A DNA stretch of 58,324 nucleotides, filler included, from Basidiobolus ranarum (Eukaryota), in the NCBI GenBank assembly GCA_040143965.1. It is 7 parts of 7 records of this genome, joined end to end, with 100 filler letters (N's around TTAATTAATTAA, not from the genome) between each part and the next. Parts side by side here need not be neighbours in the genome. Positions count along the whole stretch, not along the records: positions 1 to 8,262 come from JASJQH010007867.1; positions 8,363 to 16,621 come from JASJQH010007868.1; 5 more parts are not named here. One strand, 5' to 3'. How positions within the stretch are numbered: position 1 is the stretch's first letter; every line of letters starts with the position of its first letter. Below, in pieces: positions 1 to 13,372 of the stretch. The notes under the pieces were generated by a model that did not search any database, was not told where the DNA came from, and saw only the letters and a list, made by a program, of their open reading frames with translations. A program made the translations under genes and the position numbers.

Positions 1-2136
1 GTTGGGATTAACCTCGAAATTAATAATACCTCATTCTCTGATTTTAACCTAGTCAGGGGAGTACATGTCGTTGCAAGAGAGCGAGGAGCAGTGTGGGGAG
101 CATCCCAGATATTCACAAGACTGGTTCAGGCATCACGTAGTATGGGCTAACCAATCCAGCAATTGATGTGAGTTCCAATCAAGGTCAAGGATGGATATGC
201 GATGACTGATAAAGAATAACTGTGAGTATATGCCTAGGACTCCATGCACAAATGAGTTTCTGTTCATGATCCATACTCAGCTAATAGAACCTCTTAAAAC
301 TCGAATAATTGCTGTTTACCTCATTTGGTTACTAAAATCACGTCAAGTACTACAGGAAAAAGAATTAGAGACTGTAAGTGGCAGAGTCTTGAGTGAATAA
401 TGTTAGCTAAGAAAGTTATCGATTGAGAGCCCGATATGATCTCCTTAGCCCAATGGGGATCTTGCTGCTGTGATGATGACGTATGACTTCTGTGGCATCC
501 CTAATCAAAGTGAAGTATATCCTGCGCATATACAATTGGCTATATTTAACAGACAGAAATAACTCAAATTAGTCGGCGACTGATGTCACAGCCCCAGTTT
601 GATACCGAAAAATACAGCAATTCGAGCAATCTATCGAGAGCCTGCGCCTAAAAAGGAGATCCATTATGGACCTTTGAATTCATGGGTTAGATACAAGTTT
701 CATATATTTGTTAGTCATTCCAAAGGTCCTCGTACCATACCATGCGTGCTGGCCTTCGTCATGCCGCGTTTGAGCTTAGTATCACCAAGTGTGCTAAGAA
801 TACCACATATCTTATAAGCTTAGTTTGAAAGAGCTTAGTATTATGATTTCATACCATCAGGCTAAATGAGGCCATGGACTTTACGGGCTGATGTCAAGAT
901 GACAACGATCCACTGTCAGATACTTTATGCGGTAAAGAGCACATCCCCGTGGCCTTCGATCTTTGACAAGAATGCACGAGGAGAGTTCGTACTAAGCATC
1001 ATTTTCATACGTGGATGGGTGGATTTCAGGAGAAACTACAAGAGTGGTAATCATGTTTCATTATCTATGAACATAATCAACAATCAATTGGTATGAGTGA
1101 ATAATGTTCCGCGCTCTTGTGTGGCTCATCACTGGGCGATCTATGCTTCCATGAGATACTCCTGAAGATATACTTCCAATCGCGGCGTAGAAAAGGGTAT
1201 CTGTATATGTGTTGTGGAGGTCGAGCTTCGCACTTGACTCTGGGGTATGTTTGGGAACTCGGGGTGCAGTCAACAAATGACTTGAATTTAGCCTGTCACC
1301 GGAGAGTATTCGGAATATATCGTTTCATTGAACTCAGTTTTTGGAAGACTCCCATGGTTTTCTGAACCGAAATGGAAGTCTCAAATAATATTAAGGCAAG
1401 TTTACGTAACTGAAGCGCAGTGGCAGTTTCATCCTGCTTTTCCTGTATATATGAATGGTGGGGTAAACTAATTCGAATTTGATGATTGGTGTGATCAACG
1501 ATGATGCAGGGCTATGCTTATACAATGTTCTATAAAGTTTATAGCGGTTAATCAATATCCAAGACCTTATCGGTCTATAACTGAGTATGATTTGCAATTG
1601 GTGTGATTGGGCCCATACAAAATCTATGTTATTGTCTTAGTTCACTGTTGCGACACTTGGTGATCTGCGTTTTCATATATTGACATCCATAATTGGCACG
1701 CTGTAGCCAATTAAGGTACTGACATAAGAAAACCTATGGATAAGGATCCCACTCCAATTTCCTAAATATATAAGTCCAGTCTGGTGATGGGGGATGTCTA
1801 ATCTTGATTTACACCTTGGAATATAAGCCGTCTCTATCTGTCTGCTAGGGTTTTATGCTGAATTATTTACCTACAAGTTTACGGTTTACGTCAAGAGGAC
1901 CTCAATAGATACACCATTCTTCCTCTGGATCTCATCTCTCTTCAGCCTTGCTCTCCCTATATACACATGGTTCCTGGAGCTGTACTTTCTATTAATCTTC
2001 CTAATTAGTCCTGTCAGTTTGCAGCTTTCGCATCTATCTCCTTTGATTCACAAGTCCCATACTCCCGAACGTTTGTTTGTTATTCCTTAGATCACCAAAT
2101 TACTACCAAATTAAAACCATTATACAGTTCTCAATC

Positions 2137-3551
2137 ATGTTGCGCCACCTGTCCATACACCTCCCATCCTTTCATGGACTTTCTAACGTGCAGAGGCCAC
2201 CACTAGGTCGATCCAAGACTCTTTCTGAAGAAAAATTTACTGTAACTCATGAAAATCTCCATTCTCATTATATTTCCCCTAAAACCTCGCCAAAAAGCTC
2301 TCCTAAGAGGTTTTTCCGTAGTCTTCGCCATAAGCTTGCTCACTCTCATACTACCACGACAAACTCACGCACTTCCCCGGTGGTATCAGATCAAGAAGAT
2401 AACCCGAAGTTGGATGTCGATAAAAATGAGAGTGATGATGAATACGTGTACAAAGCACCATGTGAAAGGTTTCCATGTCGAGATCAAAAAAAATATCTAG
2501 TGAATGATAGCCTCAAGAAACTCTCCGTAAGTGATATATAGGCATGATCATCATTTTGTATTTACCTATAATACTCAACACAGATTACTTCTAGACGGAC
2601 TTATCACTGATTGAGTTTGGCGTACGCTTGGCCGATTGTGTCCCCGTTGCATTTAAAACAGTACCATCACGCAAACTGGCAGAAAAAGAAATCGAAATTC
2701 TCAAGCAAGTCAGCCATATTCCGCATGTAGTCCACATAGAAGATGACTATCTTGATGATGAAGGGCAGATTGTTATCGTACTTCCCAAACTCAAAGATTT
2801 AGTAATCGAAAGACGAAACTTGCGTGATATACAGTGCCTTATCCATGATTTATTGGAGGTATGTTATATCGGAAATATTCCAGAGGTAAGGTCTCACAAA
2901 TTCCACATTCGTACTTACCATTTAAATATTTAGGCCCTTGAAGGATTGCACAAAGATGGTATTGTACATATGGATCTTACACCTGCCAACCTCATGATAG
3001 ATCAAGAAGGTAGTTTAGTTGTTATCGACTTTGGACTATGTAGTCGCTGTTCTAGTCAACCACACGAACCTTGTGGCACACCAGGCTACATTGCTCCCGA
3101 AGTATATGAGGGAAATGCACAAGGAACGAAATCTGACATATATAGTGCTGGTATTCTCTTCGGAGAAATGCTTGAAGCGTACCTTCCGGAATGTCAGTTG
3201 AACTACCTTGGTAGCAACCTGGTTAGAGCGCAGATCACTGAAAAGATATGTGAATCACTAGCCGAGTTGCTCCTTAACCGTGAACAAATGCTATACCCGG
3301 AAATTGTGTACCAGGCAGCTGACCTCTTGAAATCCATGTTAGATACTGACCCAGAAAATCGACCCAATGCTACTGAAATACTGAAGCATCCGTTTATGAC
3401 CGCCTCTGAAGAAGAATTCGACGGTACCGAGTATGAAGAATACTGTGAACGACTTCGTATTATTGAATATAACCGCCGAATGTCCGATGCGGCCTCGGCC
3501 GATATCTCCGGCTCTTGTGACTCGTATTACGACTGTGCCTATTATTATTGA
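2137..3551 (+). CDS. Ser/Thr protein kinase, atypical (non-RD, no clear Gly-rich loop); 3 exons 2137-2526, 2595-2858, 2934-3551 (~423 aa)
   Basis: GT-AG introns 2527-2594 and 2859-2933 join three ORFs in frame. Motifs VAFK, HMDLTPAN, DFG, GTPGYIAPE, SDIYSAG, RPNA. Confidence 0.85.
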
Positions 3552-5207
3552 TGTGACTTAAGACAGGAAATATACTTGTCCAATTCATTAATTCATTGAT
3601 TCATTTTCCGTATCTGATGATGTTTTAAATTGAAGAACTATGAATGTAATCATTTTGTATAAAGAACCTGAACCATGCTTATTCATTTGATCGTATTTAA
3701 TTGATTGATCGGAGAAACCGGATGAGAAAGGCAGGGGAGGGAAAGTATCGAACTTCAGAATAAATAGCGGCATTATGATGGGTGTGACACAGTGTGATTT
3801 AGGACTCCATCTGTATTGGGAAGTAGTACACACAACACCTCTTTCGTATTGTTAATCATCTCATGATCTCCATATATCAAATGCAGCAATGGAACGATCG
3901 TGGAATTTCACTGATTCATCTTTTCCTCATAATCGTACCAAGGTCAAATGATGTCGAACATCCACAATGGCCCTCTGTATGTGGCCAAACTATAACCAAT
4001 GATACCAAGCTACGATGAACACATTTTAGAAAAGAGCAAATGAAGGAGCAAAGAGATTTTCACCCGCACCAAACTTGCATCGACACCGAGAATGCGATAA
4101 AATCTCCGATGCCAAATGTTTGCAGCAGAATCAACACATATGATTGCATCTAGTCTGGTAATTTTTTTTTGAACGCACTGTGCATTGCAGCCAATCCTCT
4201 TGAAGCCCGTACATTGAGTCAAGAGTCACCCTTCTCGATCTTCCTTAAGCAACCTCCAGACTCGTCTAAACAAGTCCAAGAGATGTTGGACGGAGATGGA
4301 CTTTAGCAGCTATCTGATCTGATGCGTCCATTGGTTACTCCACAGCAAGCAGTCCTGTGATCCGTTTAAGTAATTTGGCAATCTGGGTCGAGTGGTTCTG
4401 AATGGATAAGTAAGCGAGAGGAAAACAATGGTGGCGAGGATCAGATCGGATGCTCCATGTGTGCAGGTGAGGATGGCTTCTAACAAATGGTTGCTGCATC
4501 CATTCTACCCATTACATAGAAAAACGTTTGGATTATCAGCGCTTATCACACACCAAAATGGAAGTTTCGAAGCATTCAGGCTGTATTTGGAGCCATCGAC
4601 GGTGATTTGAAGCTCAGCTCGAATTTTACCACTTTGTTTGCATGAGGGTAACACAAAACCGATGGTGATCCGGCCACTACTGCTTGTGGTGCACCTGTCT
4701 CTGCTTTTGGCTAACCCTTAGTTAGAAAGAGTGGTTTTTGAGGAAATATCGATCTAGAACCGAAGACTCAGTCAGCGTACAGCCACCTTCACTAACACGA
4801 ATACACAGAATTGAAGATTTCCAAAACTGATTTGAATCCTTGACTGTTACCTTCAGTCAGCACAACACCAAAGCAGCAAATCATCGAGAGTAGGATCAAT
4901 GTAGCGATACTTAAAAGGGAAACCAGATCGACAACATTCAGGAAAATTCTCAGGCACAATAATTCCAATGTTGTTGATATGCATCGAGACACTACTGATG
5001 CCAAGAGTTGGGGCCTATCCATTTGCTAGGTTTTGTATCATCTCATCTATAGTTTGTTGAGTTAGATTAACCCACTGTGATAATCAGTAAGGCCGAACTG
5101 CTTATAACTGGGCTAATTGCTGATCGTATTACTACTGTATATTCCTCGAAGGTTCTCCCTCATCAAAAGTTCCTTCCCCTTTGATCAATATATACTTAAC
5201 GCTCAAC

Positions 5208-6454
5208 ATGCTCCCTACCATTAACAATCGCTCGCCCAACCGCAGAAATAAATGGTTCTCTTTCTCCACTGCTAGTCTTGCTCTAAATGTACTTTTAGGT
5301 GCTGGTCTTCTTTACGTGAGTGGCGTGTTTGACTCTACGACTGATTCGCACGAAAACACTCGCTTTTTAAAGCGTGATATGGAAGAGTTCGACCCATACG
5401 CCTATCAGAGCTCAAAACCCAGTTTCACCGTTGTGGTACTTGGCTCTGAAGGTGGTCCAGTTGAGAGTGACATTAGTGGATACCTTTTCAAGCCATATGC
5501 TGGGTCCTCATCTGATGGTTGGATGGCTGTCGAAGCAGGCACCTTGATGCACGGAATCCAAAAGGCCTACCAGAAAGGATCTTTTAGTCGTATCTCCAAC
5601 GTTCCAGAATGTACCTACGATGATAGAAAATGTATCGTAGCTGCTGGTACTTTAATGAGAGAACATATCAAGGGCTACATGTTCTCTCATGGTCACTTAG
5701 ACCATATGAGCGGGTTCGTGATCGGAACCGCTGGTGACAAGGGTGGAAAGACCATCTACGGAATCAATGATACTACATCCAGCATTATCAAGTAGGTTAA
5801 ACCCATTTCTCTTCATTCGAATCACCCACTAACCGGAGTTATTTTTCTAACAGCAACGTCTTCAACAACTACGCCTGGCCTAACATGGGTGACCAAGGCA
5901 ATTTCCCCATCAAGCAATACACTTACCAGACCATTGATAATACCAAATACTATCCCCTTCCTAATAACATGTCAACATCTGCCTTCCCTGTCACTCACGG
6001 AACAATTGGTCCTGCCCCTCTTAACTCCACAGCCTTTTTCATTCGTAATGATGCTAATGGCGATGAGGCCATCTATTTCGGTGATGTTGGACCTGATTCT
6101 ATCGAGCTCCTTCCTCGTATCATCGATGTCTGGAGACATGCAGCTCCTCTCGTGCGGGCTAACAAGTTACGCGCTATATTTATTGAGTCTTCATATACTT
6201 CTGCCCGCCCTGGTAAATCGCTATTCGGTCATTTAACTCCTGTCTATATTCGTGAAGAACTCCTTGTGTTAGCCAAATTGGTTGGTGGTAACAAACCATT
6301 AAGAGGATTGAACGTAGTGATCACCCATACCAAGCCAGATATCACCAATACCACCATTAATGTCCGTCATACCATTGCACAAGAATTGAGAGCTACCAAT
6401 GACCTGGGAGTTAATTATATTTTACCAGTTATTGGACAAAGATTGGACTTCTGA
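5208..6454 (+). CDS. Class II (metallo-beta-lactamase fold) 3',5'-cyclic nucleotide phosphodiesterase with N-terminal hydrophobic segment; exons 5208-5791, 5854-6454 (~394 aa)
   Basis: LGSEGGP, SHGHLDHMSG, FNNYAWPN (restored by removing intron 5792-5853), YFGDVGPD, FIESSY, LFGHLTP and VITHTKP are class II PDE (Pde1/CpdP/PdsA) motifs. Confidence 0.92.
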
Positions 6455-7479
6455 ACACATCGCTTCCCCACTCTCCTATTCCTTTCCCTTATTGCATTAC
6501 ATCGGTAGATCCCTCTCCATTCATAATCACCAACATTCCCTGCTCTGTTCACCAAAGAACCTTCGACGGAAAGATTCTTATCATTTTGACACCAAGAAGT
6601 TCTTATAGATTATGATAATTCTAATTCTTCCTTTTTGAGAAATAAATTATATACGAGTTATAATTTAAAGATACAATACAGCTATAACTGGTTATTTCAT
6701 ATCCAAATCTCCAACAGGTTCAATGTAGACATGTCTAAGATATATATGATGATGAGAATTCGCCAGATGAGGATTCTGACTTTGCCCTAACTGCCTGTCA
6801 CAAGCTTAACCATCGTGAAAGATGATTAGATAAGGTAGCCATTCAATCCATATTCTGCATGCTTTCAACATGGGTGCAGCAAATACAAGTATTCTTAACC
6901 CTTGACCTTTGTGAAGGTGACGTGTTGTTCCCAGATTCGGGATGTTGTATGGCGCTTCTCATGCGTAAGCCTCACTAATTCAATATTTTATTGGGCTATC
7001 ATTCCGAATAATGGGGTCGTCGAGATATTTGTTAGCCTACACTTGAAGTACTTTTTTAATAAAACCATTTAAAGAATGTCACTCTATGTTAGTTAATTCC
7101 GGAACAGACTAATACTCTATTTAGACCAAATGTAGTGATACACATGCCGTGTACATTTCTCAAATTTACCTTTTACCATACTTACTAAAGCTTAAACCAG
7201 CAGCAGTAATCTCCTTATTTGCCAAATTTCTAGAGAACTGTTCGTTTACTATACACCATGAGTGCATAAATAACAAAAATATCTTCAAAGTATCCCTCTT
7301 TCAGAATAATACCATATTCCTCAGTTCGAGCGGCGTATTTTGGTGTCACATGGTCACATTCATATATCATGAAAACTGAAATTACTTGGCAACTCTATAC
7401 CAGTTAACCGCAAAAATGATTGATGAAATCAATATTTTAAAGAGCTTCAGGCAAATTTCGTACCCCTGATGTTGTTCAT

Positions 7480-8262
7480 GAGTATATAGCATATTCTGTA
7501 ATGTGTTGAATTTGCAAAACATTTCAGCTGCTACTTCAGTTACTGCCCTTCCTGTAAATCTTCTAGGGGAGGGTTAAGAAAAATACATGGTGACATAGTC
7601 TCTGTTCAGGTAAATTTCAAATTTTGGTAGAGACATGCAAGACTAACTTCCCAAAATATTTCTTAATAAAGTTAGCTATATAGCCACTCTATATAGCTGT
7701 CAAAATTGTACTTAATGAGAAAGATAGTGTACATATTGGTGACATTGTGTCCAAAAAAAAGTGAAAAAAGTTTGCTACAGTATCATTGGCTCAGTAAAAG
7801 TTTAGGTAGAGAATTACAGAGTTTGGAAAGTAGGATATATCAGTAGAGCTATAGCAAAGATTAGTGAATGTATAGTATGATTGACATGTTGGGCAGGAGG
7901 GGATGATAAGTACCAAGCAGTTATAGCATTCTTTGTTGTTTGTATTTTCCGACTAGCAGAAAATTAAATATGAATTGATTCATCATAGAATAGAATCACA
8001 CATATTCTGGGTGTACTTTGAAATATAATAAATTTCTGAGATTGTGAGGATAGTGATGACTGGTAGAGCCTAAACTCACCGGCTCTTTTGCTTTTCCCTT
8101 GGGTTTACCAACTTCCTGCTCCTTCAGTATTTCTTTAGCTGCTTTTCTTTCTTTTCCAAGTCAATAATTGCATACATTTGTGAGATGTTTCACAAATAGG
8201 CCTATACTAGCCCAATTGCCATTTGCTTGCAAAAGCCCAGGATAAGCCACATGAAATAAGTC
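7480..8262. mobile_element. Probable degenerate repeat/retroelement relic at contig end
   Basis: AT-rich, nearly devoid of CpG like the TE relics of contig 5, no intact ORF. Family not identified. Confidence 0.3.
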
Positions 8263-8362
8263 NNNNNNNNNNNNNNNNNNNNNNNNNNNNNNNNNNNNNN
8301 NNNNNNTTAATTAATTAANNNNNNNNNNNNNNNNNNNNNNNNNNNNNNNNNNNNNNNNNNNN
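8263..8362. other. Artificial contig spacer
   Basis: 44 N + TTAATTAATTAA (stops in all six frames) + 44 N. Confidence 0.99.
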
Positions 8363-10114
8363 GTGAAAAAAAAAAACTCAACGCTAGCATGGTGGACTAG
8401 GGGGAGGTGAGAAGTGGTACTTGGGAAACTTATGGATGGCTAGAATGGAGGAGAAATCCTCAATGTGGGGGGTATATCGATTCTGAGCACAAGGGCTCCC
8501 AGTGCCATCTACCCCTCCCTCTCCTTGATCCCCCGACATAGACTTCGAAGAGTTCGCGGAATCGAATGTACCTCATTCCACCCAATAGTAGGACACCTCT
8601 GGTAGGTGTCGCGAAAACTCCAACGCAATGGTTAGATCTTGAGTTGTAAGTGGCGGGAGGAATTGGCGTTATGCCTTTCAACACGCAATCTGTTAATAAT
8701 CAATTGACTTGGGCCGCACCTAGCAAAGAGCCGTGTATCAACATGAGGGGGAATCTCGTGTATACATTCTATGAGAGAGCAAGTGATGATTTGTGAGTCT
8801 ATGACACCACGAGAATTCGAATCCTTAGCTTGACTCATAATCTCCCTTCTGTACTGATTAAAATCCAAAAACGCGTACATGTTTTTTATCCGAATGACCT
8901 CTGCTTCAACCCATCATCTAACCAATCAATCCTTTTGCAATTGGATTTTGATTGATAAAAATTAAAAAAATGGTGTTTACTCTCCCCCTATATCACGTGA
9001 TCGAGTGATGTTTGCTCCTAATATTTGATCTAGACCAGCCGTCAAAACCAATGAACATCATAACAGAGTGAAGCTACCACTAAACTTTGTTATTCGTGGT
9101 CTCATTGGCCTCTGTGCTTTAGCAAAGGAAATTCCATTTACAATCCGCGTTTTGATCGTCGTGTTGAACGATTTTGGTAGCCAAATAGTATTGGCGTTGA
9201 TTCGATATCATCAAGGAGTTTACAATACGCATAATTTCCCAAGCTCAGCTAAATGGGATAGAATCAAGATTTTGTTGGTTTTGTCAAACGCTTCACAAAA
9301 ATCATACTAAGCTGATTTCTATAGGAAAGCCACATATCTAATAAGTACCTGATAGAATTTTGGTCGAGGTATCTAAGAAGAAGGTGCCATTAATCAACAC
9401 CTCTGAAACCTAATTTATAATTGTATCATCACCCTAACAGTCTGGAGTACATTAGTAGCAAATTCCATCAATAACCGCTGAAAGACCGTGATCATGCTTT
9501 AGTTCGATAAAGTCTTATATTAATATAGAGCGCCTTTTAAATACCACTGCAGAGTGTCAAATCTACCATATTTGTTAAGGTAGATACGCATCATTTATTG
9601 TTGTACATACTATCGATGATTACCCTGCAGCAGTAGGTGACCATTGCTCACCCAACCCAGATGCTAGATGAATCCATAAACGGATCCCGTAGTAGTGTTA
9701 TTTCTATAAACTTCTTTCTGATAATATTTCCCAAGATCTTGTAGCATAACTGCTGCAAGAACATGTCCTCTGACTGGTAACATTCGATCGATAAGATACG
9801 ACCTGTGGAGTACATTTCAAGTGATTGTCAGCTACTAAAGTTCTCGATAATTGGCATGGATCTAATGATTGTAAATCCCGTTGTTGACAAATCCGATAGT
9901 TTTGTAGTTTTTGCTATGTTATAGGTGTTATGTTTATATGATAAAATGTAGAGTACAAGAATAGAGGAAAACAGTCGTGTGAAAATCTTAATACTTGAAT
10001 AGTATTTTGGATATTCTTCAAAATGAGATCAAGCAACTAGTTCTAGAAACAGGCAGAAAGGGAAAGTATATGATATACATAAAGAGAGTCGCCCTATGTT
10101 TTCGGGAAAAGTGA

Positions 10115-10602
10115 CTATTTAGGCTGAAAGCCAGGTGGAACCAAACCACCATATGGCATTTGTCCTGGACTGGCCTGGCCTCCAGAAAGTATCTAATAGC
10201 ACTTGAGTAAGTATTTATAATTATTGAATGGGTTAGTGTTTAACTTACTTGTTGTTGAGATTGCTGTTGCATTCTTGCTTCATTTTCGAATTGAAGCAAA
10301 GCCTGTTCTTTCTCTATCTCCAAAGCGAGAGGAAGTACAATCAGAAGAGCAGAGGTGGTAAGAACCCAGGCAGATTGACCGAAAAATGTGGTGATTTTCC
10401 AACCAGCACTATATACAGTGGAGGCAAAAGAGGAAACCGCTTTACGTTGCTTTTCGGGAATTACTTCTTTCAAGGCTTGGATACGTTCCAGGAGTGACTC
10501 TTCAGTACCTTCTTCATATTCGGAATCGCTCTCAAAATCACTGTATTCAGAATCAGAGACCTCTTCGACATGATCAATAGGAAGTTCTTCGATTTTACCC
10601 AT
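10115..10602 (-). CDS. TOM22: Mitochondrial import receptor Tom22; exons 10602-10249, 10192-10115
   Basis: Acidic N-terminus, ESLLERIQALKEVIP, TM segment AWVLTTSALLIVLPLALE. GT-AG intron 10248-10193 gives in-frame ending ...PPGFQPK*. Confidence 0.92.
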
Positions 10603-11289
10603 GTTGTAAAGCTATACACTTCTAATTAGTATAGAAGAATTATTAAGAATAAACCTCTAAAATATTGCTTATCAATATACTGTTTCTTGATCAAGATCAA
10701 ACTAAAGAATTTTTCAAGTGGCTGGAGATGATGTAATAGTATCTCCACATAAACTCTAGCGTATTTGAACCAATTGTGGTAAAGTGATAATGCTCTTTCA
10801 ACTTTAAGTAGAGCGAATGGTCAAGGTGGTTCTGTAAATTACGATATTTCAGTAGATTTTTACATAATATCTGACTGATTTGTGTGGTTTAAAAGACGCA
10901 ATTCAGCCAAGTTTCGTGATGTTGCCATGAAAAAGTAACTAGAGATATATGAATTTGATGTGAAGTCATCTATCATTCAGAATTATGAGGTAATCTATAG
11001 CTGGCGATGAAGTCATGCGTTTAACATGACATGGTGGTATACCCAGTACAACACAACGCTTTGACCCGAGAAAATTAATATATCGCGAGGCTACCAGATT
11101 ACCTGTTCTTTAGATTTCAAAACACTTTTATGTAAATATATTTTAGAGTATTTTTCGGACTGACATTCTTTTACAGCAAAAAAAATTATGTTTAAGAAAT
11201 ATTGCGCAGAAATTCTTTAACTTCTCTACAACCTCGAGAAAAGTTAATCCCTGAGGGGAGGTCGTTGGTGACAAGTAACCAGCCAGCTC

Positions 11290-11547
11290 TTACTTCTTCG
11301 GTAGTTTTTCGTTAATGATGTTCAACAGGTTGGTGGAAGCTTTGTGAACAAAAGTATCCTGATCCGCTCTTCCCATACTGACGTTAATCCCATTCTGCGT
11401 TTTAGATATACCATGTTTCTTCATCTTTACATCTAATGCCTGTTGTGAATTTAAATAGACCTGCCTAATAACGTAGGCGACCATTAGAGCTATCACAAGA
11501 GTGATCAAGATAGCAACTGCACTTCCGATCCAGGTGAGATTTGACAT
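11290..11547 (-). CDS. Small single-pass membrane protein (85 aa), uncharacterised
   Basis: ATG at 11547; N-terminal TM WIGSAVAILITLVIALMVAYVI followed by KMKKHGISKTQNGINV. Confidence 0.6.
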   Translation of the reverse strand: MSNLTWIGSAVAILITLVIALMVAYVIRQVYLNSQQALDVKMKKHGISKTQNGINVSMGRADQDTFVHKASTNLLNIINEKLPKK

Positions 11548-12313
11548 TGGAATAGGTTGACTTCCCAGCTTAGTCTCCTTTTTGTTGATACATACATCTT
11601 CAACCCTTGTCCTACCACCGTATCTGGTCCCTGTAGAATTGATGCATGTCTTCAAAGGCTACCATTTAGTGTGTAAAATTTAATTAAAATCAAGATTTAA
11701 TGAGTACATCTATGTTACATATCCCTTGGCATTCCAATAGTATTTATAATGCTAGATTAAAAATATAGAAGTCGATATTTACAATGGCTATATTTATCTT
11801 CTTGCACCATGTGGCTTGTCAGTGGTAGTGTTTTCGATAAGTTACCAATATAGGAGTCAGTGAGACATGAGTTTCTAATATTTGGTTTATTTATTAAACA
11901 ATGGAAGATATGCATATAATCACTATAGTTCATTATATAGAAATGCAGAATAGCAAGCGCTCAAGTGTGAATGCTTTATCTATCTAGCTTGTTTCTGGTG
12001 TATCAGTAGCGCCCAAGGACCAGGGGTACCGCAACGATGAAAACCAACTAAAACCAAATCAAAGGAAAATTGAGGGTACAACTTCAAAAGGGCTGGGTCA
12101 AAGAGAAGGAACAAATAAAAGTTGATAAGACGTTAACAGTAGGCATCATTAGGAATTTTACGTAACACGGGCACATAAGGTGTACCTATGAGTTCAACAG
12201 AATTAACTAGTGAAGCGATTTAGGGTGTAGTGAGGCAAAGGTAGGTGTGAATAATGTAGTGCGAATATGTAATGAGTATGTTGAAGAGAAATAAGCAAGA
12301 AGGGAGATCAAGC

Positions 12314-13372
12314 TTAGTAAGACCGGGCAACAATTTTGGAAACTAGCAAATAGATACAAACAAATAAAAACACCGTCAATTTTGACCATGAATCTCCAAA
12401 ACCGAGCCAATTTCGGTTGACATTCGGGTTGTGATTTGCATCATGCTGCTCTGTACCATTAAGCCCACTTGGTATATGGTTCGGGGCAGTTGGAGTTTGA
12501 CTTTGAGGGCTTGGTGTAGGAAGAACGCAAAGCTCTGGGAAAACATCTGCATGAATTGCATTAATGACTTGTGATACTGAGATATGTTTGAATATACTCT
12601 AAAACTAACTTACCCCTGAATTTTGCATTGTTGTAGTTGAATGCATGGGATTTCGTAGCAAGGAATTTCTTTGCTTCATCAGTGGTACGCACACCTCCAG
12701 TGGTTTCTTCATCGCCAACCTAAATATTTTTTCAGTTATCATATACATCGGTTATAACGAAGATGTAAGAACGAACTAACCATAAATGACAATAGTCCAT
12801 TGAGAATGGTAGATACAGACCACGCAGGATTCCACGTATTTGCTTTTAAAAATATGTAAGCCCATTGTCGTGCGAGAAGTAAAGAAAAAAGAAACTTACG
12901 ATGGAATTCGCTCATGCTCATACAAATACGGGCATCAGGCTTGAAACGACCACTAGGAGTGGTCATACGAATTGAAGGTGGCTTAAAAGGGTATTCACTT
13001 GGGAAAATCACCTTACCTACAATACTTTCATGTTATGAACGCTTCTATATGGTATTATAATTAAGTCAAAACTTACCATGATACTGACCGCCTATGAGAA
13101 GGTGAGGTAACATTGAAGTTAACATATGTCTGCAATAGAATATAGAGATTGTGGTGTACCTTGATAAGGAGTATCAGGAGGGCCGGTTAAAACATAGTGC
13201 CTAAAAAAAGGTTTAATAGTCAGTCCAGGGTACAATAGGGATGTTTAAGCAAGCATTGCTACCACTCGAGTATATTTTCTTCAAGGGGCTTGGTAGTAAT
13301 GTAAGGAATGGGACTCTTTTGGATTGCCATATATTCCTTGGTCAACCGTTTGTACGCAGCTTTACTGGCCAT
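12314..13372 (-). CDS. UBC6: Tail-anchored ER ubiquitin-conjugating enzyme Ubc6/UBE2J2, multi-exon (includes 15-nt exon 13091-13077)
   Basis: [56 protein letters not shown] (catalytic Cys), [19 protein letters not shown]-terminal [18 protein letters not shown]; stop at 12314. Confidence 0.93.

Noticed and set aside
599-1597. Short ORFs upstream of the kinase
   Set aside because: No domains or coding-like composition; likely intergenic.
8307-8318. TTAATTAATTAA palindrome recurring every ~8.35 kb
   Set aside because: Always centred in N runs; a synthetic six-frame stop linker.
8460-8880. Overlapping minus-strand ORFs (74 and 82 aa)
   Set aside because: No recognisable motif or convincing splice pattern.
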